Below, in pieces: positions 1-20,534 of a DNA stretch of 64,000 bases (its first letter is position 1; the number at the start of each line of letters is the position of its first letter). A program made the translations under genes and the position numbers. The notes under the pieces are model-generated. The model searched no databases and was not told the origin of the DNA. It saw only the letters and a program-made list of their open reading frames with translations. Source of the stretch: Paragordius varius. Lineage: Eukaryota; Animalia; Nematomorpha. The stretch is from contig OZ176056.1 of assembly GCA_964247055.1 (NCBI GenBank), positions 4,836,001-4,900,000 on the forward strand, read 5' to 3'.

Positions 1-539
1 GCCACATAAACAAAAATTTAAGGTTTAATTATTTATATAAAATTAAAATTTTACCTGTATAAAATAATACAATATTAATAATAAGTAATTAAATCAAAAG
101 AAGGATAAAACTTAAGTATTTTTTGAACCATTTAAGTCTTTCTGGTTCCAACATGGTTTTGAAAAATTGTAGTTCATTCCAAGTATAAATCCCCTTTATA
201 TATTATAAATAACAAATGATTTCATTTAACATATTAAGAATTTGAACACTGTCATTGATTGCAAAAAATAAGTTTTAGGGTATAACTTTTCTAAATATAT
301 TATAAATTTATAATGAATTTTTTTCATGCAACACAGTTATAAAATACTTCACTACAAATAAGTCAGGGTTAGTTTATCCACTATTCGAAGATGAATGCAT
401 GAATTATATGTAAAAATTTAATAAGTTGGCCTTTTAAAATTTTATGTTGATCTCTTGAAAAGATTTTTTTACGATACGTACTTATGAGTGGTAATTAATT
501 ATCCATACAATTTTTTTAAACCATATTTACATTTTATAG

Positions 540-812
540 TTTCGGATTGAACACCAAAAAGCTGACAGGAAACGCATACAAAAACTTGAAGACTCTAATG
601 AACCAAATTCTGCCGCTATAGTTTATAAGAAACGTGGAACAGGTACAGATGTCGCTATCGTGAGTTCTATGGTATTTTGGGCACAATTAACTATTTCACT
701 CACGATGGGTAAACTCATAGATGTGTTTAATTCCACGTTAGTTATTCCGCTCTATGGGTGTGCACATGCCCTTATTGCATTGGCCATCTCTTTTTTCATA
801 AAAAATGCTTAG
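540..812 (+). CDS. Terminal coding exon of an SLC45-family (proton-associated sugar transporter / MATP-like) MFS protein; upstream exons lie outside the window
   Basis: The acceptor ttttatag ends at 539. The open frame reads FRIEHQKADRKRIQKLEDSNEPNSAAIVYKKRGTGTDVAIVSSMVFWAQLTISLTMGKLIDVFNSTLVIPLYGCAHALIALAISFFIKNA* (TAG 810-812). RGxGxDxAxxSSMVFxAQ followed by two TM helices matches the SLC45 C-terminus. The paralogue cannot be assigned. Confidence 0.8.
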   Translation, partial: FRIEHQKADRKRIQKLEDSNEPNSAAIVYKKRGTGTDVAIVSSMVFWAQLTISLTMGKLIDVFNSTLVIPLYGCAHALIALAISFFIKNA

Positions 813-1145
813 ATACCATAAAAGGTTTGGGAGTTTTGAGGTGAGTTATTTTGATATAATATTGTAAAAAAGTGCAATTTTTTAGCCACAAAAATCAAGG
901 TAACAAGATTCATTATATTTTCCAAATTGTTATTAATTTATTAACTTAATATTACTTTATTGATACAAATATATCTCGATTACTATACAACATGCTAAAT
1001 AATGTGATCTCATGCATAAATATCATTTCTAATCCATCAAAACATTATGTGGTGTACAATTATAATAAAAACTACATTACATTGACTAAATTATTATGTA
1101 TTATTATTAATTATAGACAATTGTAAAATTAATTTTAAACATTAA

Positions 1146-1150
<5 letters not shown>

Positions 1151-1177
<27 letters not shown>
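1151..1177. repeat. (TA)n microsatellite
   Basis: Pure TA run seen directly; a similar run lies at 3614-3639. Confidence 0.9.
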
Positions 1178-1180
<3 letters not shown>

Positions 1181-1404
1181 TACTATTACTCAGACCTATT
1201 TGGTTTTAACCATTTGTTTAAAAAAAGGACTTCTTGATCAAATAATTCCCGTTTTCCTGTTCCTAAGAAATTTTGGTAAAATTTTTAAATTAGAGATCGC
1301 CCGTTTTTAAATATACTATGTGGATAAAACATAACATAAATTTAAGTATAGAATTTAAAATTTTATATGCTCTCTTTCAGAAAAAAACCATCTCAAATAA
1401 ATTA

Positions 1405-1900
1405 AAAAATAGGGCTTACCGTCCAAAATTAAAGAAAGAAATATTCTGATGAAATGGGAAAATATATCAGAATTATCATTGTGCTTTTGGTTTTGGCCCT
1501 GAATGATGGAAAATTATTTACACTTTTGTGGTACATGCTCCATATCGGGAAATGGAATTTGCTCGCATTTTGTTAAATATTTTTTTCGGAAGAAATCACA
1601 ATGATTCATTCCAATGATATCAGTAAAATTCCTATACTAAATATAAAGAGCAAAATAACATTATATATTTTTTGATATGGACTTAAAGTCCCTATATCTT
1701 CGCCCTTTTAAAATGGACTAGTTATTTTATAAACGCAAAATTGAGATTTCGCGATAAAATTTTAAAATCTATGCTAAATTTGGATCAAATTTTCTGAAGT
1801 TAAAACTTTGTTCGAAATTCAATTTTAAGCCAATTTTCGTTGAAGCATACTACATACTCTTTTAAGGCATGATGGAAACGGTATAATAACGTTTTAAAAT
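1405..1900 (+). repeat. Unclassified dispersed repeat family (J); related copies at about 3130-3420, 15800-16380, 30270-30790, 55430-55560, 56280-56500 and 61130-61600
   Basis: Shared blocks such as CACTTTTGTGG..GCTCCATAT, GGACTAGTT/GGGCTAGTT and AAATCGGGGG/CCCCCGATTT recur in these intervals. No ORF. Boundaries are approximate. Confidence 0.5.
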
Positions 1901-4900
1901 ATTATACAAACATTTTATTATAAAATTTAATGATGCTGAACATTACTATCACTTCAGTTTTTTGCTTAAAATATTTTTTATTCTTAAAATTAAAATAAAA
2001 TTTTTTTGCGAAAATTCTTCCAAAATTTAAAAGCAAACGTCAGGAGCACGGTGAAAAAATTTATTTAACATAATTTTTTTCAAATATTGGGAAAAAAGTA
2101 AATAGGGATAATTAAGGAAAAAAATAATGATAAAAGTTCAGATATTATGGTTTATTAATTTTAGGAGGTATTTTCAATATGTAAACCTAAAATCATATAA
2201 ATACCGTTTCTATATGATCTCAGTTCAAAGATGACGTTTTCCTGTTAACACACTTTATAGTCAAATTTTTAATTATTTTTAATTATTTACTAGCTAAACC
2301 ATATTAAAAACCACAGCATTTATAAAAAAACTTCTCAAAATAAAACGTAAAAATATGTTTCTTTGTATCTTAGTTAGTGACAGTATAAAAAATTTACTGT
2401 TTGGAATTTCAGCGGAAATTTAAAATATAAATTAGTGGAAAATAAAATTTTAAAGTAGTGGAATATCTACCAAAAATCCGTACATATCCCAGTAAAATTT
2501 TGTGTTACAACAAATTGTTACGGGGGTTCGTAAGGATTGTTGGTTGATATTCTATTACTTTAAATCCTATTTTCCATAAATTATATACTTTATAACTCCC
2601 ACTCTCCAAAATAAAACAGTATTAATAAACCAGATGATAAAAAAATGAATAAAACAATATTTTTCGTTTTATTTAAGAAATTTTTTACCGAATAAAATAT
2701 GAATGTTAAGATTATAATGATTCTAACTAGATAATCAAAAAAAAATTATATAGTTTCATAAAAAATTTCTCTTTTAATTGTAATAAAGAAAACACGCCAT
2801 TTTTGAATGGAGATTTTATAGATATCTTATTTATGGTTTTAGGCTATTTATATATTGAAAATATTTTCAAAAATGATAAAAAAACCATTATCTCAACTTT
2901 TATAATAATTTTTTGAATTATCCTTAATGATAATTTCTACTGCCCGTCGATTTTCTTAAATATTACGAGAACTAAGTCGTCAAAAAATTAAAATTTTAGG
3001 TCAAAAGAGTTCGCCATGAAAACATATTTTTGTTAAAAATAAATCCTCTTTTGCACATGAATTTCAGAATCATGAATCATAAGATAAAGCATGATATCAA
3101 ACATATTTCGCATGCTTTAAAACCATACTCGCTTCAACAAAACTTTGTTATAAATGGATTTTAAGCAAAATACCCTATTTTGGGGAAAACTTTTTTTATA
3201 TATTTAAATTTATCATAAGATAAAATATTGCCTCGGTATTTTTGACAATATTTTAAGAGAAAAGCGCATATTAGATAGGCGAAAAAAGTTGGAACCACAT
3301 CTAAAAATTAAATTTTAAAAACATTTTTTTTTCCTTTTATCATTATCATATATTTTTATAATATTCAAAATGGGCGCATAATTTTCTAGTTATCACAAAA
3401 GTGTAAATTTTCTTAACTCACTCATAGTCAAAGCCAAATATAATCCTGATTTTCTATCAGTATTTATTTCATCAGGATATTTATTATGTGAACACTGTGT
3501 ACATATATAAATTTTTTAAATCATATTTAATTTTTGCTCCGACTATAAAACACGTTTATTTTACCATATTGAATATATAATTCAATTACATTAAAATTGT
3601 TGGTCTTTTTCGAATATATATATATATATATATATATATTACTTAAATATATTATTGTTACTTTTAATTCTAGTGTAGAGCCCATTTTTTTTGTTTATAT
3701 TAAATGGAATATTTGGTATTCAAAAAATTTATTGCCATGTTACTTAAGATTTCGTAACATAAAAAAACTAATTTTCGACATGAAATAATCATCAAGCCGA
3801 TCTAATAAGAATAGGTTAGGTGTTAGAAGCCAAATTTGGTTTTATTTTGTAGCTCATATGGCATAAAAAAAACCCTCATGCTGATATATATGTGAAAAAG
3901 TTATCAGCGGCTGATTATCAATATAAACATTATTTATGAGTGACATTAAATATCATTGCTTAATTAATACTTCATGATCTCTTCACTTTTTTGTGCTTGT
4001 TGACATATTGGGGTATTTTTTTATCGCCGAACTCAATTTTGCAAATAAACTATTGTGTAAAAAATATTTTATAAAATTAAATAATCAAACATTGTTCTCT
4101 TGTATTAAATAAAAAAAAGCTTTTTTATAGTTTGGCGTCTAGAGTCTAAAATTAGAACAGCTCCAAAAGATATATCCAACACAGATATCAAGATTTTTCT
4201 GGTAAATTGCCAAAAGCTTTTTAAAGTTAATTATTTCAAATCTAACCATTGACTTCCCAGTTGCATTAGGGAGATAATAAATTGAATGAAAGCGGGAAAT
4301 TTAGAAATGACAAATTTTTCAATTTTACAAAAAATTATTTTTATATAATGTACCTAAAACGCTAAATAAAGCATGTATTTAATTCGGATACTTTCAATAC
4401 TTCTTAAATTATTACAGCACTGGGATATGAAGTTACTGCAAAAGGACATGGAATAATGGTAATTTGAACGATCATTATCATAATTGATCAGTGTATTTAA
4501 TTAAAAGCGTCTAATATATTTTTCTTTAAGTGTTTTAATTGTAGGCGTCTTTAACATCATTTTTTTCGTTCCTCCAGATCTTCTGACATTGTTTTGTACC
4601 ATGCTATAAAGAGACCAGGCAGCTTTTATACTATTTTATAATGCTGCATCTTTTTCAAAATATTATCATTATCTCTTAGCTCAATAAGTCTTAACCAGCT
4701 TTGTCTTTTAGTTTGGATTATATGATTAATTGGATTTATTCAAAAAAAATGCGTGGGTTTCAAAATTATTGAAATTATATTTGGTAGGGTTTAATGCATA
4801 AAAAATCGCCTTGATTTTTTTAACTCTCATTTTATACCTTTGTTCTTATACATTTTCCTATTATATTTTTATATGTTTTATTTATTATACATATTTCTTT

Positions 4901-4989
4901 CACTATACATTGGGAATTCAGGATAAATTTTAATTTTATAGTTGTATTATTAATAATTTTGTATATCTTTTAATTAAAAGTGAATAAAA

Positions 4990-5191
4990 AATGAAACCGG
5001 TTCTAAATGTAAAAAACCGGTTCCTATAAATTTTAAGGAGGCAGTTGGGTTCCATTTGTTTAGGAACCACCCCAGTTTCGGTTCCAATATTTCATGAATC
5101 GCCCAATTATATTTTTAAATTCTTAAGAACCAACTGTTCAGGAACCGACCCGGTCCCGGTTCCACTTTTTTTGAACCGATTCCAAGCCCTA
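4990..5191. mobile_element. Probable single end of a hAT-type MITE
   Basis: Clustered GAACCGG/CCGGTTC motifs end in GAACCGATTCCAAGCCCTA, a TAGGG-type terminus. No partner end or TSD was found. Confidence 0.35.
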
Positions 5192-5269
5192 TTTACTATT
5201 ATTTTAACAGTTAATTTGAAAAAAAGAATAGTTTATATTAGATTTTTTTTCTTTTGAGATATACAACAA

Positions 5270-5743
5270 ATGCCCATTTGTAATAACACTCGAAAAAGTA
5301 GTGACTCTATAAAATGCATATGTGATGTAGAGCGATAATTAATGTTGTTCATAGTAAGCGACGAACGCGCGAAGCGAAAGCGTTGTTCATTTTAATATAT
5401 TTTTAAAACGTGGATGATAAAACTTTGTGTAGATGGCAATGAATGACCAAAAAAGATAACACAAGAAAGTTTTTTGATTAAAACACTTATTAATTGCTTT
5501 TGTGTCATTCAAAACATTTTTAAGTTTTTTTTTAAAAAATACCATTCTATAAATATTAGTTTATTTCTTTGGGTGGCTTATAATTTCAATTAAAAAGTTA
5601 AAAGTATTTTTGATCATTTTAGCGATCATGTAATATATTTTCAGTTATGAATAATTCTGATAATAATCTATTTATGTATTGTTAATGAATAAATTTAAGT
5701 TTATAAGAATGGCAGTTAAAAAAGTCAAAATGTGTTGTCTAGT
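5270..5743 (+). mobile_element. Truncated copy (F3) of CACTA-type family F
   Basis: Colinear with 21690-22613: it shares the GCGCGAAGCG block and ends in GCAGTTAAAAAAG...TGTTGTCTAGT. Confidence 0.6.
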
Positions 5744-6641
5744 AAATATAGCCATCCATCTTTGTAAAATCAAAATTATTTATCATAATATTATATTACT
5801 TAAAACATGCAAGAAATCTTCATCTCTCCACATAATTTCGGTTTATACTCCACAAAAAAGCTCCCAAAAAATAAAATATATTGGAATTACTCAATTTATG
5901 GCATCAATTCCACAGATATTCTTGTTATAGGAAATAAAAACTCTAACATCAATAATTTAAACCATATATTTTGTACCTGTTTTGACATTAACCACAATAA
6001 TTAAAAAAGTTACGGTACATGAGTTAAATTCAATATAGGCAAAATATTTAATGAACTATTTATTTTTAATTATAGTTGTGCAATAAAAATGAAACATGAA
6101 AAAATTGCTATTTTTATGATAAAATTCAGAAGATATATGCATGATTTAAAAATAAAAATATCACATTATATACAATGATATACGATAAAATCAAGACTGA
6201 AAAGGGCAGAAATCACAGTACATATAATTTGATAAGAAGAATTGTTTCGTTAAATCATTGCAAAAATTAATGGTTCGAGTGTTAGACTTATATTTATAGG
6301 ATAAAGGGCATATTATGACTAAATAATGGATACAATCATATGCAAAACTACAGTACAATCAAAAATACAATGCTAGTTTTTTTTATGAAACATTGATTCA
6401 TTTATAAGAAAATATTTTTTAATCACTTAAGCCGGTGTATGGATAAATATGTATTTTTTTCGCTTTCTTTTGCTTGCACAATTTGGCTTTTGTATATAAT
6501 GTCTCTCTGGCAAAATTTAATGAAAAACTAGCAGTTTTTTACTTATACTGTAAAATGAAGGAAAATAGATTGATTGAATAGACAATAATGTTAAAATATT
6601 AATTTGGTAAGGAGTGTGTATTACATTTATTTGACAAAAAT

Positions 6642-14825
<8,184 letters not shown>

Positions 14826-14856
14826 GATTTTAAATATACAGGAACCAAGACACGAG

Positions 14857-14876
14857 AGAATTTTCCAGATGAGTCA
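14857..14876. promoter_or_regulatory. Possible heat-shock element plus AP-1-like site just upstream of the HSPA9 ATG
   Basis: aGAAt-tTTCc-aGAtg (two perfect pentamers and one imperfect) overlaps TGAGTCA, 32-51 nt upstream of the ATG. The transcription start is unknown and chance occurrence is possible. Confidence 0.3.
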
Positions 14877-15310
14877 ACAGAAAATAACACTAGGGGTGAG
14901 AATATACCAATATTTAGGTTATGATGATTTTTTTTAATTACGCGGGAATGTTTATAAAACAAAATCCATGAGAATAATAAATTTATCTAAAAGAAGTCAT
15001 ATATTTCTTTACAATATTTTTCATCCCGATTACGTCCAGTGTTCAAATATAGGATTTTTAAAAATCGGCAACAAGTTTATACAGTTATATTTAATAATAA
15101 AACATATCTGAATACCTTACACAATCCTTATTAAATCTTTACATTGTAAAATAAAGAAATAATATCTTTCACGCTTTTATTATTTTTTATTTTTTGCAAT
15201 AAAATTCTGAGCTAGTTATACCCCTGACTGTCTAAATTTTTTTATTTTTCCAATATATTTAAATACCTCTTACTTTAGTATTTCTTAAAGATATTTTACA
15301 AATGATTGTT

Positions 15311-15485
15311 TACATGTTTGGTCACATCATGCGATATAATTTATAGAAAGAGGCACAATGTTTGGAAAGGTAGGTGTGCAAAGAAAATCTATTACGGATG
15401 AGGTGGTTAGATGATAAAAAGAGAAGATAACATTGTTTGAATGTAGCGGTAAAAGATAGGAAGAATAGAAATCAATAGTGCAAAT
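15311..15485 (+). mobile_element. Decayed 3' fragment of an RTE-type LINE
   Basis: Frameshifted peptides FGHIMR...MFGKVG...MRWLDD...DR resemble the RTE/BovB C-terminal motif (FGHIMR..GK.EG.R.RGR..MRW.D). Confidence 0.55.
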
Positions 15486-16869
15486 TATATCCAATAAAGT
15501 CGTTTACGAATTGAGAATAACCAACTAACCGGCCTAAAAATTCCAGACAAAATAACCAAACATTTGGAGATGGGTATAAATAAAATTTCGTGAATTACGC
15601 TAATAAATAATATTTCACATTTGGCAAATTATCTTAAATACTTCTATTAGAATTGAATTCTTTTTGGGGAGCAAATATATTAAAAGGTAAAAATTATGAA
15701 TGTCTCTAAAATGTTATATAATTATATTAGTTAGCCAAATATAGTCAATAAAATATTAAAATTAAAGTCGTGTAGATATCTCCCGTAAAGTTTTCACATT
15801 ACGTCCGAAATCGGGGGGTATAATAAAACCTGATAAGATATAATATTGATAGAAAAGTGTATAACGATTATCATACTGCTATTGGTTTTGGCCCTTACGA
15901 GTGATAAGAAAATCTTTTACACTTTTGTGGTAAAGGCTCCATAAGAGAAAATGGCAAAATTTGTGCGCATTTTTTAAAATAGAATTTTTTTGGTGAAGGC
16001 AAGAGGTTTAGCCCAAAAAATATAACTTAATCTATTTTAAACTACATATAAAAAAACAATATTGTCAAAAAATTGTAATTTTAAAGTTTCGCCTCCGAAA
16101 GTCATGAATTTTTTGCCCTTCTAAAATGAGCTAGTCCTCTTATGATAAACGCAAAAATGCCAAAAATCCAAATATGTTTTTATTATCAACTAAAAATATT
16201 TTTTAAAAAATGCAACTTTTTTCAAAAGCTATTTTTGGCAAAAATTAAGGGTACATCAGATTATTTTTCGTACTGAAAACACATAAAACACGCCTTAAGA
16301 TATTATAAAAGCTATTTTCATTTAATGATCCTAAACATTTTAATTATAATTTAATGGATCATTGGCTTTAGTGGTGTCAAAACACAATATTAATTTAACG
16401 TAAATGTTATAATCACAATTCTGAGGATAGAGATGTTAAGCATAATTGAATTACATAGAAAAGGTGTATTATGATATTTAAAAGCGCTTTGGCTCGTTTC
16501 AAGGTGATTTTAATCATGAAAAGCGACTATTAAGGCATATTACGCGTACAAAAATTAAGGGTAAAAAAAAGTATTCTGATGAAACAAATATATGATAAAT
16601 AGTTGCACCAGGATAATTTGGTTGAGGCTTTGTAAATTTTATATTTTGTGACTTGCATATAGAAAAATCGCGAAATCTAACGTACCCTATGTAAATCTTT
16701 TAGGTGAAAGCTAAAACAATTTATTTTTTGATATATTAACACCTCCGAAAACCGATGGTATTTTAAAATATTATGATAAATTATTTATATTCTAACAGAT
16801 AAATGTATTATGATCCTCATGGCGCTCTTGATGTGGCACTTACGGGTGATTTAATATATACCATTTCCC

Positions 16870-17105
16870 AGTCTAAATAAACGTTTTCCCAGTCAATCGA
16901 AACATTTTCCCAATCAATCGAAACTTTTTCCCATTCAATCGAAACGTTTTCCCAGTCAATCGAAACGTTTTCCCAATCAATCGAAACGTTTTCCCAGTCA
17001 ATCGAAACGTTTTCCCAGTCAATCGAAACGTTTTCCCAGTCAATCGAAACATTTTCCCAGTCAATAAAAACATTTTCTCAATCAATAAAAACGTTTTCCC
17101 AGTCA
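16870..17105. repeat. 21-bp tandem array (AATCGAAACGTTTTCCCAGTC)n in the E1 TIR; equivalent arrays occur in all E arms (e.g. 46212-46470, 48495-48750)
   Basis: About 11 head-to-tail units with no unique spacers. Confidence 0.95.
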
Positions 17106-17262
17106 ATAAAAACGGTTTTATTTTTGATGATAAATATCAAAACAAGAATATAAACTTTCAGCCATTATCAGCGTAATATATGGATATTATTTTTTTATAA
17201 AAACCCAATTATTGAATGACAATTTTCCAAGTATATTCCAGTGCACAATCATTAATGAATTA

Positions 17263-18391
17263 CACTGCTCAACAAGGTTTTGCACCACCCCATTATTTTT
17301 GCATTTTCTAATACCTAATGGCATGGAAAAGCCAAAACAAAAAAGAAAATTGAGGCCACCAATAGGATTTTTCCAAAATTTAATTTTTAAATTTGTATTT
17401 AATTCAAAAATAACAATCATTCCTCGTGCACATATGTTTAAATATTCAAACGAGCAAGTCGATACAAGTAATATTCCATGCATGTTCTAGGCATTAAATA
17501 AGATACTAAACAAGCTAAGAGCCAAATTGTTAAAAATCTAAATTGGGCTTATGTATAGTGTGATAGATCCGGGCGGCTGCACAAGCTCTGCAAATCCCCC
17601 AAGCGATCCTATAATTATACCAGATATGGCAAAGATAACAATAAGTAATCGTAAAGCCCGATAAGAGAGACTTTCAAACAAAATTCATGCAAACTGACAT
17701 GTCAAATTAACCAATTCACAGAATAAAGTTAGATAAATTCTACAATTAAATTGAATAAAATTAAGTAAATACAAATGGTCCAGTCCCATAACAGTAAATT
17801 CTACTAAAAGTGGCTACACAACATCCATCTGAAATTCGAAATACAAAACAACCAATAATTTTTTAAAAAATAAGGTATATCCACTAGGTATAAATAAAGT
17901 TTTTTTATAAGAACCAACTCAAGAGAAAAAGTCTAATAAGTACGCAAAAGAACGAAAATTTACAAAAAAATATAGCCTATCTGAAAGCCGAAGGTTTAAA
18001 CCATAGAATGCCTTTTTTAGTATTTTTTTAAAAAATTTTTATATGTGTTAAAAATTCACTTGAAAAAAAAAGACTAAATTTTGACATTTAAGTCCGTACT
18101 ATATTTTTCTCTCTAATATTTAAATGACATATTTATATTCAAAAGATAGAGTTTAAAACGCTTTATTAAATGATTTTAAGTTTATAATATAATAACATTT
18201 TATTATAAAGTTATATTTAATTTTCTCTCGATTTTCTCTTGTTTTTGAAATTAAAAAACCTATAAAATTTCAAAATTCTGATTGGCGGGATTAAATATTT
18301 TTTTAAATTCGATTTTAAAACACTGAAATTAGTCATAATTTAAAAAGTTTGAGTGGTGGTGCTTAAAAATGTCCAAATTTGTCGACTAGTG
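17263..18391. mobile_element. D1: CACTA/G-ended (CMC/EnSpm-like) non-autonomous element with a 3-bp TTA TSD
   Basis: TTA|CACTGCTC ... GACTAGTG|TTA. The empty site cattaatgacTTAttc is seen in sister E arms (e.g. near 20785 and 23275). An inverted copy lies at 51564-52690. Confidence 0.85.
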
Positions 18392-18611
18392 TTATTCTTT
18401 AAAATCATATTTTTGGATTTTGAGATGTTCTTAAGATAATATTTTTTGTTTTATTGATGGTTCGCATTAATATTTGCCGAACGCTTCGAAACAATTTCTA
18501 AACATTTCAAGTTTTTCCATAAAAATACTGTCGGAAAAAATATTTAAACAAAATTTTTTTCGATAAAAATGTTTTTGATTTAAAATAATTTAATAAAAAG
18601 ATATTAGAAAA

Positions 18612-18892
18612 CAGGGGTGTCTAACCAAATGGCTTCGCGGGCCGCATTACACAAAAAGCACAGCGTTCCGCATTTGATATAGTCAATTAATAATTTTTCG
18701 ATTAGACATAAGACTGTAAAATACAAAAATACAACATTTTTTTTAATTTGTTACCAATTTAATAACTCATCAGAATAATTGCATAAGAAGTATGAATATT
18801 ACTAAGATTTTGTGGGCATATTTTTGCATATGGATTTCCAAATTTTTCGCGGGCCGCACAAACATACTCGGCAGGCCGAGTTGGGCACCCGA
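18612..18892. mobile_element. hAT-type MITE embedded in the centre of E1 (also present in E2, E3 and E4)
   Basis: CAGGGGTGTCTAAC...GCGGGCCGC...GGCCGAGTTGGGCACCC. Counterparts lie near 19700-19992, 21010-21287 (inverted) and 23510-23765. Confidence 0.65.
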
Positions 18893-19307
18893 TCAAATAA
18901 ATATTATAAATTCCAATATGAAAGGTTAAATGATTTTTGAGATAAAAATGGTATATTATTTTTATTTTTAATATTTCATCCGTAACTATAGATTTTGTAA
19001 GTTAGCCGCAAATAATGCGAATACATCTCAAATTCCAAAAATATGATTTTAAAGAATAAATCATTAATGATTGTGCACTGGAATATACTTGGAAAATTGT
19101 CATTCAATAATTGGGTTTTTATAAAAAAATATACGCTGATAATGGCTGAAAGTTATTTTTATATCTTGTTTTGCTATTTATCATCAAAAATAAAACAGTT
19201 TTTATTGACTGGGAAAACGTTTTTATTGATTGGGAAAATGTTTTTATTGACCGGGAAAACGTTTCGATTGACTGGGGAAACGTTTATTTAGACTGGGAAA
19301 TGGTATA

Positions 19308-20456
19308 CCATTTCTATTTCCCAGTCAAAAATTTCCCAGTCAATTAAAACGTTTTCCCAATCAATCGAAACGTTTTCTATTATTTTTTTAAAAGCACAAT
19401 TATTGAATGACAATTTTTCGAATTATATTCCCGTGCACAATCATTAATGACTTATTAAAAGTTATATTTTTTGAATGAGATATTTTTATAATATTTTTTA
19501 TCAATGTTTAGCATCAATATTTGCGGCTAAATTACAAAATCTATAGTTACGGATGAAATAATAAAATTTATAAAAAGATACCATTTTTATCTCAAATTTT
19601 ATAAAAATGTCAAGTTAGTCAATAAAAATACTGTCTGAAAATAATATCTGAAAAATTTTTTTAGATAAAAATGTTTTTGATATAAAAGTATTTTATAAAA
19701 AAGGATATTCCAAAACAATGTCTTCGCGGGCCGCATTTTTAAATCAAAAAGCACGGCGTTCCGTATTCGAAATATATACGGGCATTCAAATATTTTTCGA
19801 TGACATAAGACTGTAAAATACAAACACAATATAACAATTTTTTTAATTCCATACCAATAGACTCGTTCAGAATAATTGCGTAAGAAATATGAATTTTACT
19901 AAGATTTTATGAGCATATTTTTGCATATGGATTTCCAAATTTTTTCACGGTCCGCACAAAGATTCTCCGAGGGCCGCGTTTGGCCATCCCTGGACTAAAT
20001 AATAATTATTATATAAATTAAGGTACAATTTATGTGTAAAATCCAATATGAAGTGTTAAATGACCTTTGAGATAGGTATATTTTTATAATTATTATTTCA
20101 TCTGTAACTATAGATTATATAAGTTAGCCGCAAATAATAATGAAAACCATCGATAAAATAAAAAATATAATCTTTAAAATTCTCAAATTCCAAATATATA
20201 ACTTTTAAAGAATAAATCATTATTGATTCACTGGAATATTGAAAAAATTGGCATTCAAAAATTGTGTTTTTATAAAAAATAATATCCTAATATTACGCTG
20301 ATAATATTTAAAAGTTATTTTGTTTTGATATTTATCACCAAAAATAAAACCGTTTTTATTGACTGGGAAAACGTTTTTATTGACTGAGAAAATGTTTGGG
20401 TTGACTGGGAAAACGTTTCGATTGGCTAGAAAAACGTTTTTTTGACTGGGAAATGG
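19308..20456. mobile_element. E2: family E MITE, directly abutting E1
   Basis: The junction is AAATGG-TATA-CCATTT at 19298-19313; the right end is GGGAAATGG|TATA. Confidence 0.8.
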
Positions 20457-20534
20457 TATACAGTAAATACTACTTTTGTGGTAGTAATTCTATATCTTAA
20501 AATCGCAAAATTAAAACATGGTTTGATAAATATA

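Larger units (their letters stand above)
16861..19303. mobile_element. E1: non-autonomous long-TIR element of the IS630-Tc1-mariner family E (contains D1 and a hAT MITE)
   Basis: The termini TATA|CCATTTCCCAGTC ... GACTGGGAAATGG|TATA flank mirrored arms of about 400 bp that carry 21-bp tandem repeats. Confidence 0.85.

Noticed and set aside
16873-17106. Heptapeptide-repeat ORFs (LTGKTFR / IDWENVS / FSQSIET), also at 19043, 20511, 22900, 46192 and 46215, and the K-type ones at 45483, 51003-51294
   Set aside because: They are translations of 21-bp TIR arrays (21 is divisible by 3), open on both strands and lying inside transposon ends.
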